A DNA stretch of 63,865 bases, counting the filler, from Octopus bimaculoides (Eukaryota), in assembly GCF_001194135.2 (NCBI RefSeq). It is 5 parts of 5 records of this genome, joined end to end, with 100 filler letters (N's around TTAATTAATTAA, not from the genome) between each part and the next. Parts side by side here need not be neighbours in the genome. Positions count along the whole stretch, not along the records: positions 20,360 to 34,280 come from NC_069000.1; positions 34,381 to 53,300 come from NC_068984.1; 3 more parts are not named here. One strand, 5' to 3'. Shown one piece after another: positions 24,218 through 36,995 of this stretch. Each line of letters opens with the position of its first letter. Within the stretch, counting starts at the first letter, position 1. The notes below the pieces were generated by a model. The model was not told the DNA's origin and did not search any database. It was given only the letters and a program-made list of their open reading frames with translations. Both the position numbers and the translations under genes were made by a program.

Positions 24218-24781
24218 AACAAGAGCACTCAGAGAGCGTAAACCTCCGTTAAGGCAACACCAATGTCCTCTTAATAATTAGCCAGGGATGATTTTTTAAA
24301 TGAGAATATCTGAAATAAACTCGACTATTCTCAAAAATTAAGTAGAAAAACAGGAAAAATAATCTAGAATCCTTGTCCAGTGCCAGATCAATCTCAATGG
24401 TAGTCATGGAATGTGAAAGTGGCTGTAGAAAATTTAGTAACAGTAATAAATAGTTTATCCTTATCTAATACAAGCCAAAGTTAAATGCACCGTTCAAAAT
24501 ATAGTTACAGCCTAAAGAGAGATAATTGAGAAAGACTTAAAAGTTAACATAAGATTGTAATCATGTAAAGTAAAGTAAATATAAACAATCCAGAATCCTT
24601 GTCCAGTACTGGATCGATCCCAAAATCTAATCAGTTCATGCTAGTCATGAGGCCAAACATCCCTGAAAGTTTCATCCGAATCCATCCAGCAGTTCTTGAG
24701 TTATCTTGTCCATGGACCAACAAACAAACAAACAAACATGACTGAAAACAATACCTCTTCCTTCATTAAGGCGGCGGTAAT
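24218..24781 (+). mobile_element. apparently complete non-autonomous Helentron-type (HINE/DINE-like) element
   Basis: 5' end aacaagagcactcagagagcgtaaacctccgttaaggc, (CAAA)n near the 3' end, and 3' stem-loop/sub-TIR aatacctcttccttcattaaggcggcggtaat. This is the standard HINE architecture. Confidence 0.75.
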
Positions 24782-25361
24782 AATATTAAAACAATAAATA
24801 TCTGAAAACAAAAGAAAGCCAAAATGTGGTGAGTATAAAATGTGTGTATATTCTAACACAATGTATTAGTTATACACTTATAGTTTCACACACACACACG
24901 CACACACACGCATGCTCACACACACATGCGCGCTCGCACACACGCGTGCTCACACACACATGTGCACTCACACACACACAATCATGTTTTAAGTATATTG
25001 CAATGCAAATACGATTCCCTAAGTTATTCATAATGTGAGATGTTTCTGGAATTATGGCTGGGTATGTATGACATGAAGACGATCTGGCTGCTAAAGTGGA
25101 AAGCAATCTCAAGAAGGGGAGAAATGGAAGCAGTTTGGAGAACTGTTCTCCTCCTTATAGCAACAGGTCAATGAACGACCCCTGGTGATTTCCTCGAGAA
25201 GCACTCACTACCGTGGTTGCTTTTGGGTGGCTGGTGGGGAAGGGTTCTCAAGGGGGGGGGTTCTCAGCAGGTGGTGTATAGGTTGAATGTGCATCCACCA
25301 TTTTACATTATCAGCCAACTGCCAATATAGCCTCTCATGGTGATGCTGTACTCATCATCAC

Positions 25362-25404
<43 letters not shown>

Positions 25405-25406
<2 letters not shown>

Positions 25407-26200
25407 TTAGTATCCATTTTCAGTGCTGTCATGGGTTAGACAGTTTGACTTGAACTGGTAAGTTAGAGAGCTGCACCAGGCTCCAGTCTTGTTTTGGCTT
25501 GGTTTCTATAGCTGGATGCCCTTCCTAATACCAACTACTCCACAGGGCGTACTGGGTGTCTTTTACACGTCACCAGCACAGATGCCTCTAATGTGTCACC
25601 AGCACAGGTACCTCTAACATGTCACTGACACAGGAGCCTTTTATGTGTCACTGGCATGGGTGCCTTGTATATTTCTGACTTGAGTTCCTCTGGTGCTTGT
25701 TTTGCTAACTATTTTCTCCATCTTGGATGTGTTGCTAACACAATGTTTTGACCAGTTCAGAGAGTGTTCTTTTCTACTCTAGGCACAAGGCCTGAAAGTT
25801 TTGGGGAGGGAGCCAGTTGATCAGATCGACCCTAGTACACAACTGGTACTTAATTTATCGACCCCGAAAGGAAGAAAGTCAAAGTTGACCTCAGCAGAAT
25901 TTGAACTCAGAACTGTGTGTTTATGTCCCCATCACCTAGCGGTTCGACAAAAGAGACTGATAGAATAAGTACTAGGCTTACAAAGAATAAATCCTGGGGT
26001 CGATTTGCTCGACTAAAGGCGGTGCTCCAGCATGGCCACAGTCAAATGACTGAAACAAGTAAAAGAGTAAAAGAGTATATCTGAAAACAAGTGGGGTTTG
26101 GCAACAGGAAGGGCATCTGGCAATAGAAAATCTGCCACAATAAATTCTGTCTGGCTCATATAATGATAGATTAGCAGACATAAAAATAACAATGATGATA
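25405..26200. mobile_element. cluster of four SINE fragments
   Basis: Reverse V-domain tail at 25405-25560 followed by a ~26-bp minisatellite to 25665. Reverse central-domain SINE at 25775-25912, forward bipartite-SINE tail at 25914-26080, forward V-domain tail at 26085-26200. Confidence 0.75.
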
Positions 26201-26748
26201 TTTGATATATCATTTTAGAAATCCTGGAGAAATTTACTGCAAAGTCAACTCCTAAAAGAGAGGGATGAAACTGTATATATTGCATAGAATGCCCATCGGT
26301 TGTAAGCAGGGCCTCGAACAAAAATTCTGGANNNNNNNNNNNNNNNNNNNNNNNNNNNNNNNNNNNNNNNNNNNNNNNNNNNNNNNNNNNNNNNNNNNNN
26401 NNNNNNNNNNNNNNNNNNNNNCAGAAACTTAGATGGTCTATTCTTAGTCCTTCAGGTGCCAAACAAACACACTGGCTGATATCAACCCTCGTAGGTCCTG
26501 CTTGTAACATTCATAAAAGTTAGAGTGCATATTTCTGAAAACTAGGGGAATTGAGACATTAAGAATTAGGGATAATGTTTAAATTTGGTAAATAGAGTCC
26601 AGCAATTTCGTAAGAATAGGTACAAGCATGGCTGCATGTTTAAGGAGCTTGTAGCCATGTTGTTTTGGGTAAGTGTCTGTTACTACAGTTCAGGGCTGAT
26701 CAATGCCTAGTGAGTGAATTTGAAAGAGGCAAACTGTGTGGAAGTAAG

Positions 26749-26805
<57 letters not shown>

Positions 26806-27536
26806 TATCTATGTGTGTGTCTTTGTATCTGCGTTTCCCTTTTTCAATGAACAAAATTCACTTAAACTGACTGCAGCCTACACCAAAGAAATATATTTTA
26901 ATAGATCAAACCTTGCTTAATTTGAACACTGAACAGTGTTACAGTAAATTAGAAAGATTAAACATTTTGATATCACACGTGTAAATTATCTTCCATAATT
27001 GGTATAGTAGAAAATGTGTAAAAGAGAAAAGAGAGTTACCTCCCTTAATATGTATTAGTTTTGTCATTGACTGTTAGGTCTCTCTATCTCTCCCTTCCAC
27101 ACACACACACACCAGTCTACTGCATTTATTTGTGTATAATACGAGGAATTTAATACAAAATTCTACGGTCAAAATTGGGGTTGAAGTTCGCATTATTTTT
27201 GAGTAAAAAAAAAGCACAAGAAAATTTAATATTTTTGTACAAAACTAATAGTTTTTAGTTCCATTGTATTTATTTGCATTCTCAAATAAACTATATAACT
27301 TGCAATGTCAAGATGCAGTAGCTAAATGGTTAATGTAACAGACTACTGACCCAAATATCCTGTGTTTGAATTCTATCTGCTACAGACATTAAGATATTCG
27401 AATACATAAACTACATTATATTAGTATAGGACTCCTGCCAGTATATCTTAATTTAGATAAAACACAAGCACCGTTCTGGGTATGTTGATAATCTTCTGTC
27501 ATTCTTATCATCATCATCATCATCACCACCACCACC

Positions 27537-27570
<34 letters not shown>

Positions 27571-27794
27571 TCATTTTAATGTCTACTTGAGATGGAATTT
27601 GTTGAGATGGATTTTCTAAAGCTTGATACCCTTCCTGTCACAAACCCTCACCTGTTTCCAAGTAAAGTAATATTTCTGCAGAGTCAGATAGATTTTCATA
27701 GAAAATTATATGTTTGTATGTCTACACGTTGGTTCACACACAGAGGATAGTACACAGTTTGGTCAAATGTTAAAGGGACTGCTTTACTCTACAT

Positions 27795-27945
27795 CAGTGG
27801 TCTTCAAATATGGTCCATATGGCTGTTGGTGGTCCACATGAGATTTTGTTGTTAAAATTTATGTGCAGTAAATTACAAATACTTCCACAATACATAACAT
27901 ATTCTAAAAGTATTTTTATACAATTCCTAATAATATTTAATTATA
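27795..27945 (+). mobile_element. one end of a hAT (Charlie-like) MITE
   Basis: Begins cagtggtcttcaaa...ggtcc, preceded by ctctacat, which resembles the NTCTAGAN target preference. The second TIR was not found. Confidence 0.5.
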
Positions 27946-27946
27946 A

Positions 27947-28068
27947 AACCATAACCGTAACCCTAAACCCTAACCCTAACCCTAAAACTAACTCTAAAAC
28001 CGTAACCCTGACCCTAAAACCCTAACACCCTAGTGAAAATCGTGCGGGTGTTAATCTGGAAATTTACC
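27947..28068 (+). mobile_element. element fragment with a degenerate (CCCTAA)n telomere-like core
   Basis: aaccataaccgtaaccctaaaccctaaccctaaccctaaaactaactctaa... followed by caccctagtgaaaatcgtgcgggtgtt, which is shared in inverted orientation with 30487-30520. Confidence 0.7.
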
Positions 28069-29079
28069 AATTCTTTTAGGGTTGGATAACCTTCCAGTCA
28101 CCAACACTCACCTTTCTTCAAGCAAGATAAAGTTTTCCCATAGCTACGCATGGTTATTCACAGAAGACTAGAAATTAATAATCTCGCTTATATGATGGTG
28201 ATGCTCGTTTACAACCATTACACGATCTCTTAACACAGGTACACACACACACACACACACACACACACGTACATAGGTACATAAGTACATACGTACGTGT
28301 GTGCGTTCGTGCACGCGTCCGTACGTATACACATACATACATATTGATACATGCCTACATACAGACATGCATGCATTAGTAGAAATCGACTTATGTCGAA
28401 GTAAGAGCACCTCTTAAACTCATTTCATTCTAAGAACCATCCCACGTTTGGTCTCCCCATCGCTGACGACGTCTCATATCGCTCCCAAAACCTGCAAGGG
28501 ACCGACAAGTTATTTCACACAGACCACAAGTCGTACGTGCGTACATATATATATATATATATANNNNNNNNNNGTACACATGTACATATGTACGTACTCA
28601 CGTACGTACAAACGTACCTGCATGAGAGGACAGAAACAAAAAATACATGTATACATACGTACTTATGTACATATGCACGCACTTACGTATGTGCGTGGTA
28701 GTCGTCGCCGGTATTTTTGTTTTATTTTCAAATGTAAATAATATCCTTCTTATATTTCACTGCTTTGTTTACGACCAGCGATCATTGTAATGTCTATTCT
28801 TGATAAAGAATTATATAACAATGAGATTTGCGAAACAATCATAACAACTCACACTACGTAAATGTTATGCCGCACTAAGAGTCAGCCATCAGCTGAGAAC
28901 GAATGTGGCTTGATAATATGTACCATGCTTTCACTTATTGTTTTATATGTCTATGTAGTCACAGGCAGACATAGACGCTCTCACGCTCTTTGTCTCAGTG
29001 GCATATCTAGGATATAACGGATGAAAGGAAGGAAAGAGAGAGATTGGGCTTGACCAATCATTGGCCTGTTCTCAATTTC

Positions 29080-29450
29080 AGATGACTGGAGTAATGTGAA
29101 ATGAAGTACCTTGGTCAAGGACACAATGTACCATCCAGTCCACGAATTGAACTCACAACATTGATGATTGTGAGCTGGACAGCCCAACCACTGATCCATA
29201 CAACTTCACTAGACATGAGGTGGGATAGAATTCATTGAGGCAGATTTTCTACAGCCGGATGCCCTTCCTGTAACAAACCCTCAAGCTGGTCTGACACATG
29301 ATTAATCACTTCCCCCAGCTGAATGGACTGGAACTACGTGAAATGAAGTGTTTTTGTTCGAGAACTCAACACAATGACCAGTTCAGGAATTGAAACCACA
29401 CTCTTACAATAATGAGTGCAACACCTTTAACCTCTAAGACATGTGCTTCC
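29080..29450 (-). mobile_element. two decayed CORE-type SINE 5' halves with a V-domain fragment between them
   Basis: gactggagtaatgtgaaatgaagt...aattgaactcac at 29080-29200 and gactggaactacgtgaaatgaagtg...aattgaaaccac at 29310-29450 match the reverse complement of 20679-20820. Confidence 0.7.
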
Positions 29451-29451
29451 A

Positions 29452-29496
<45 letters not shown>

Positions 29497-29507
29497 TTCT
29501 CTCCCCC

Positions 29508-29538
<31 letters not shown>

Positions 29539-29945
29539 AATATATAAAGTTCACTTTAGAATCATTTAGTTAAAAATTTAGTCTTACTTGGTGGACAGTG
29601 AACTGGTTTTCTCTATTATAGTTATGAGTTGACCAATAACCTGTAAGTGAAATTGGTAGACAGAAACTGAGAAGCCTGTCATTCATTCATTTATTCATTC
29701 ATTCATTCATTCATACATACACACATACACACATACATTGAAGAAAGATTTTCTTGTATCAAAAATCATTAATTATATACAAAAAAAAATCCTTAAAAAA
29801 AGTAAATTATTTAGTCTGTGTTAACCTGCTTTCTTTTTTAAATATCTTTTTATATAATTAACAATTATTAATTTAATTTTTTTTTTTCAAATAAGCAAGG
29901 TAATTAGTTCTAGAATCTCTATGCGAAATGCAAGTAGAAACCATA

Positions 29946-30396
29946 CTGAAAAGTAATGTTTGTTACCACTTCAACATGGCTGTCCTATATGGAATGACAT
30001 TACTATTAATCTTTAACTCCAGGAGAACATCTTCCCCAGCTGGTTAACAACACAACCTGTGCCCGATAAATTGCAGGCAGGGGAGCAAACCCCTACCATC
30101 TTCCAGTGATTCGAAAGGACCAGTAGACCAGCATGGTTTTGGGTTATTTTATGCCCATCCTCAGTACTGGACACCTGTGTGCAAGAGATGGCAGTCGTTC
30201 ACTCCAACTTGCAATATATAGAAAAATATGCAACATTCAGCCACTAATCTTGCGACAAGTAGCTTCTTTGCTTGCAATATATCGGGCGCAGATTATGTCA
30301 TTAACCAGCTGAAGAAGATGTTCTCCTGGGGTTAAAAGAAAGTAGTATTGTCGTTCTGTATGAACAGCCATGTTGAAGTGGTAACAAGCATTACTT
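29946..30396. mobile_element. MITE with ~105-bp terminal inverted repeats
   Basis: Left gaaaagtaatgtttgttaccacttcaacatggctgtcc...ccaggagaacatcttccccagctggttaa mirrors right ttaaccagctgaagaagatgttctcctgg...acagccatgttgaagtggtaacaagcattactt. The right TIR is interrupted at 30397. Confidence 0.85.
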
Positions 30397-30631
30397 CCGG
30401 CGATCTTTCGATACCAGTACGAAATATCGGCCTTTCCCGTAAAAAGTGTCTTCGGCGATCTTTACCAAAGATCGGCCTTTTCCGTAACAACCGCACGATC
30501 TTCACTAGGGTGTTAGGGTTAGGGTTTTAGTGTCAGGGTTAGGATTTTAGGGTTAGTTTTAGGGTTAGAGTTAGGGTTAGTGTTTAGGGTTAGGGTTACG
30601 GTTACGGTTACGGACGGACGAAAGATCGCCC
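30397..30631. mobile_element. 235-bp mini-element with 12-bp terminal IRs, hairpin modules and a (TTAGGG)n-like core (Helentron-like or unclassified)
   Basis: ggcgatctttcg at 30399-30410 is inverted to cgaaagatcgcc at 30619-30630. The element sits between TT and TT and contains about 100 bp of degenerate TTAGGG/TTACGG. Confidence 0.8.
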
Positions 30632-30691
30632 TTTTTTCAAATATTATGACTGTGTGAAGAAATTTTTCTAATAAACTTTCTAAATGTGCAT

Positions 30692-30766
<75 letters not shown>

Positions 30767-31142
30767 TATAGGTGTGTGAATGAGTTTGTATTTTCCCTTG
30801 TTTTGACATATCTATGCACTGAATGTAAACAAAAGCCTAACTATTCATACAGATGGTGTTGTATGTTTGCAGGCCACTGTGGAAGTATGACCAGGCTTCT
30901 TAACACATTACATGCTAATTGTAAACAAACCCTCACTGTTTATACAATAGGTGTAGTTTGTTTGTAGTTCTCCATGAAATCATGTCCAGGCTGTTCATTG
31001 TCTGATAGACTGGTGGATTATTATTACTTTGCTTGGAAACAAGTGAGGGTTAGTGTCAGGAGGGGGACTAGGCTGTAGAATGGTTTGCCCCATTGTAGTC
31101 TCGGCTGACTACATTGAAAAGTAGATGTTAAAACCATGATCC

Positions 31143-31202
<60 letters not shown>

Positions 31203-31203
31203 C

Positions 31204-31244
<41 letters not shown>

Positions 31245-31267
31245 CCACACAAGTAAGCACATTAAAA

Positions 31268-31530
31268 AGACCCCCCCTTCGGTCATGAATGACCATAGGA
31301 TGCACCTAGAAAGTTCCCCTTCAAGGCATAAATCTGGGCAAGGTTGCGTCTAGAAGACCAGCAATCACCCACCAATGTTATCCAAGGGAAAAGAAAAGGC
31401 CAATACAGTTTGGCACCAGTGATGTTGTAACTCATTTCTACAGCTGAGTGAACTGGAACAACGTGAAATAAAGTGACTTGCTCAAGAACACAACATACAT
31501 CCTGGTCCAGGCATCAAACTCACTCACAGG
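31268..31530 (-). mobile_element. CORE-type SINE, near full length
   Basis: ctcatttctacagctgagtgaactggaacaacgtgaaataaagtgacttgctcaagaacacaac is the reverse complement of 20755-20820. Confidence 0.85.
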
Positions 31531-31707
31531 AAGTTTGTTGTTCTTCTTCTTGAATAAGCACCAAACGTCAAAAAACAAGTACTAGGGTTCATTTGGTTAA
31601 CTGTACTTTCCAAGGCAGTGCACCAGCATGGCCATGGCCTAATGACTGAAACAAGTAAAAGATAAAAGGTAAAACAAAAAAAAAAAAAAGAGTAATTGGT
31701 AACTTAC

Positions 31708-31992
31708 GTTCTTCAGCAAAACTTCTTGAAGATGATGGAAAATAGTCAGAATGTAAGTTGTTCTGTGCAGAATCAGAATTGAAGAAGTGTTTATGCATAT
31801 ACTTCATGTTGTTATTAACAATGGATTCAAATGTTTCGAAGAATTTAGGAAATTCAGGGGAATATCCATTGGTGTAAGTTGGTTTAGAATTAGAGAAAGT
31901 GTCATTGTTGCTTCCTGAGTCATCTTCTCTTGAACAGCTATCTCGGTCTGATTCCCTAGAATGTCGAAGAACAGAACAGCCATTGTCAGAAT
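31708..31992 (-). CDS. coding exon (phase 1-1), Ser/Asp/Asn-rich low-complexity region of the zinc-finger gene
   Basis: 285-bp stop-free frame bounded by acceptor ttaaccag (in-frame TAA just upstream) and donor gtaagt. Encodes SDNGCSVLRHSRESDRDSCSREDDSGSNNDTFSNSKPTYTNGYSPEFPKFFETFESIVNNNMKYMHKHFFNSDSAQNNLHSDYFPSSSRSFAEE and joins 24124 in phase. Confidence 0.75.
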
Positions 31993-32122
31993 CTGGTTAA
32001 CTGGCAGTTGCTTATGTGTGATACATGATGGCATGGACAGCAGACGTATAACAATGGTAGTGATGATGATGATGATGATGACGATGATTATGGTGGTGGG
32101 AGGGGGTGATGCTGATGCTGGT

Positions 32123-32161
<39 letters not shown>

Positions 32162-32264
32162 GACCTAAGAAAATGGTTTTTGAATAAACCACTAATGACT
32201 AAACATGGGAGAGTCACCATCAACAAAGTCACACACACACCCACACACCACATGTGTGAAAATA

Positions 32265-32410
32265 CATGGCCTATTGATTAAGGTGTTGTGCTCTCTATCA
32301 TAAGATTGAGGATTTGATTCCTGGACTTGGCAACCCATTGTGTCCTTGCACAAGGCACACCGTTCCATGCTGTTCCTGTCAACTTGACTGAGAATGAATC
32401 CCAGCTGTGC
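32265..32410 (+). mobile_element. decayed CORE-type SINE 5' half
   Basis: catggcctattgattaagg...ggatttgattcctggac...tgtgtccttgcacaaggcac shows decayed A/B boxes plus the start of the CORE domain. Confidence 0.6.
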
Positions 32411-33179
32411 TGGAGGAAGAAAGTATTGGTGCAGCATATCTTGTCATATCTTCAATGTTTCATTGGGTGAAGGATGGGAAGGTTGAGATGATGTCTACGT
32501 CTGCTTACAACTAAATAAACTCCTAAAACAATTACCAAAAGAGCTTGATACAGGCTACAAGTGAGTGATGGCTAAGCTTTATTTTTTTACACACACACTT
32601 GCAATAGTCCAGTGAGATTTATCTCCAATCTACTTAATGCTATGAAATCAAGAACCACATCCCAGATCGTTTCAGGTCATCCCAGACCATATGGCTCAAC
32701 ATGTTAGAGAAAAACAAGATAAGCTAGTGTACAACTGGTGTTCATTTTATCAAACCCCAGATAAGTGAATGCAAGGATTTAAACTCAGGAGATAAGAGAC
32801 GAAAATAATTCGTGTAAAAACTATTTCCATCAAGCGATCTACTATTCAGGAAACTTTGCAGTCCGTTAACCTTGATGTAGTTTTGTGAGGGTGGTAAAAA
32901 TGGCAGGCTTGGAAGAACAATAGATATAGTGATGGAATGTAGATTAAAATAGAAAATGAAAGAAACAAAACATTTGGCATCACTTGAAAAACATTTAATT
33001 TAAATAGAGAATACAAACAAATAGAGTCTCTCACAGTTATTTCTAAAATATACAAGCATGTGGATTATGATATTGAATAAGGATTCCATAAGATAAATAT
33101 CTCATCACTGAAAAGATAGAAATCAGAGAATATAGAAACGGAGAATATACACAGTCCTTCATGATATTTGCATATATAC

Positions 33180-33870
33180 TTTTATTCTTTTACTTGTTTC
33201 AGTCATTTGACTGCAGCCATGCTGGAGCACCGCATTAAAGGTTAATAATCGAAGAAATCAACCCCAGGATTTATTCTTTGTAAGCCTAGTACTTATCCTA
33301 TCAGTTTCCTTTGCTGAACTGCTAAGTTACGGGGACATAAACATACCAGCATCAGTTGTCAAGCGATGACAGGGGTGGGGATAAACACAGACACATAAAT
33401 ATATATATATACGTATACACACACACACACACACACACACACATGGTTGCTATTATGCAAAAGCATCGTAAGTCCAAAACATTGCTTTTTCAGAAAACAA
33501 AAAAGTAGTTTCACCATTCCAAAGCAAAACCGTTGTACTATACTTTGACAATTTTCGATATCTTGGCATCTGAAGCAGATACGAGTTTGACCAAAAGAAC
33601 TAGCGATTGCAAGCAAAAATGAATATTGAAAAAATAAAACAAAAAAAAACGCATTTGGCCAAATTTGGACATACGACAGTTTAACACAATAGCAACAAAA
33701 TATATATATATATATAATGGACTTCTCTCAGTTTCCGTCTACCAAATCCACTCACAAGGCTTTGGTTGGCCTGAAGCTATAGTAGAAGACACTTGCCCAA
33801 GGTGTCATGCAGTGGGACTGAACTCAGAACCATGTGGTTGGGAAGTAAACTTCTTACCACACAGCCATAT
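33180..33870 (-). mobile_element. bipartite SINE split by a ~250-bp insertion in its linker, heavily CpG-decayed
   Basis: Second half at 33180-33410, first half at 33715-33870, with unrelated sequence at 33445-33697 between them. Confidence 0.85.
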
Positions 33871-34222
33871 TATGTAAAAATAATAATAAATAAATAAAAC
33901 AAAACAAGCCATCGTTACCATTCCCACAAAATAAAACGTATAAAGAAGAGAAGTAGTCACAAATCAAACTTACACGTTTAGCTTAACACTGAAGCATATC
34001 AAACATAGCTAAGCATTGAAACGCGTCTATCGCTCTGCGGGATGCTCACCAACATTAAGGCCTATTTATAACTTCATCTACATTCATTTCTGCTACAGAT
34101 ACTGGGTCCTTCTGATTTAATTACCCACGAAATATTCTAGGGTTTCAGTTTTCAAGCACTGTTTCACTTTGCAGATACACATTCTCTTCGGGTCTTTCTC
34201 ATTCTGTCTGTCTGTCTATCTG

Positions 34223-34280
<58 letters not shown>

Positions 34281-34380
34281 NNNNNNNNNNNNNNNNNNNN
34301 NNNNNNNNNNNNNNNNNNNNNNNNTTAATTAATTAANNNNNNNNNNNNNNNNNNNNNNNNNNNNNNNNNNNNNNNNNNNN

Positions 34381-34685
34381 AATGTAAAAGGAGAAAGGGC
34401 TCTATACCCCTTTCTTATTTTTTCTGACCAGGCTCCCGTGGTTTTATGAGTTTTTCCACGTGTAACCTTTCCTTTTTCGAAGCGCCTCCCCCTTTGGGAG
34501 TTCTACTTATTTATATATCTATTTATTTATCTATTTATTTATTATATCTTCCTCCGTTTTCTTCCTCTGTTTAGACGAACTTTCCTACCTTTTCGGACAA
34601 AACCTTTTGTAACCTTCGTCCTGTCTTTGTCCTTATATGTTTTTAATTGATATTAGCCCTTGTGGCCAATAAAACGAATATTATT
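34381..34685 (+). mobile_element. 3' UTR of a Tx1-like LINE
   Basis: ccaggctcccgtggttttatgagtttttc...ctccccttt aligns with 2745-2805. Ends cccttgtggccaataaaacgaata. Confidence 0.55.
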
Positions 34686-35025
34686 CTATCATAACAAGGC
34701 GAATTGGTTCTTTCCAAGGTCAAGATCAGCGTTCTCATTGATCGCTAGTTGTAGTAAACACATTTGACCTCTGCTGACCGCAAGGGTGTGATGCTTCTTT
34801 TGTCCCTTGATCGGACAGGAACGTGAAGACCCATTGTTGATCACTTTCTCACCATCTGCAGAACCTATTTACAGACCTGTGGAATTTGGTCTATTCACCA
34901 ATCTGCTTCTCTTTCTCCTACTATCTCCTCCAACCCTCACATATTTATGATTATCTCAACTACAAGACAAAAGTCAAAACTAAATATTTAATTATACCAC
35001 ACACTAGTTGCAGCAAAGATAGCAT

Positions 35026-35480
35026 CTCAAGACGGTTACAATACCAATGATCGTAGGAGCAACTGAAATGATCAATAAAAGAACTGAAAATTATTTGAGA
35101 ATGATCTCTGGATTACCATCCTTGCAAGAAGTGCAAAAGATTGTATTAACTGGTACATCACACGTATTGAGAAGAATATTGTCGCTGTGAATTTCCTTTC
35201 CTCTTTTGCCTTTTATTTTCTTTATTTACTTTTATATTTTTAATTTTTTTAAATTTTTCTCTCCGTCTTTGTTCCCCTTTTTCTCTCTCACATGACTTTG
35301 TAAATGAACAATCTGGTGTGATTACTTTAATGGCCTACAAATGTATACAGTGCGTTTCTCTGCCTTAGGTGTCAGGAAGGCAGTCGGAAAGAAAAGTAAG
35401 CAGAATCAAAGAAGATAATATGAAAGTGATAAAAATAATAATGATACTAATAATAATGACAATAATAATAATAATAATGA
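35026..35480 (+). mobile_element. R4/Dong-clade 3' end (ORF C-terminus, 3' UTR, AAT tail)
   Basis: Translates LKTVTIPMIVGATEMINKRTENYLRMISGLPSLQEVQKIVLTGTSHVLRRILSL* (stop at 35188-35190), matching the R4/Dong terminal IPVIVGA...LQKxxLLGTAHILRR motif. Confidence 0.85.
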
Positions 35481-35576
35481 TAGCACATACCCAAGGCGCA
35501 CAGAGCTGCGCTCGGTAGTGAAGTGAAAGCACGTTATAAAAATAAAACTACAGAACAATAATAATAATAATAATAA
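35481..35576 (+). mobile_element. ~75-bp 3' tip of a second Dong family plus AAT tail
   Basis: gcacatacccaaggcgcacagagctgcgctcggtagtgaagtgaaagcacgttataaaaataaaactacagaa(caa/taa)n, the same as 3136-3215 reversed. Confidence 0.65.
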
Positions 35577-35624
35577 TTATGGGTTCCGTTAATAATAATA
35601 ATAATGATAATAATAATAATAATA

Positions 35625-36995
<1,371 letters not shown>

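Noticed and set aside
26200-26510. 165-aa minus ORF spanning a 90-N gap inside the zinc-finger gene
   Set aside because: Frame continuity depends on an estimated gap size, and no convincing donor was found.
27947-28030. True telomere or chromosome-fusion site (also 30512-30612)
   Set aside because: Repeats are short, degenerate and attached to the same mobile-element junction sequence.
28260-28700. Apparent palindromes in gtac/acgt-rich sequence
   Set aside because: Alternating purine-pyrimidine low complexity is self-complementary by composition.
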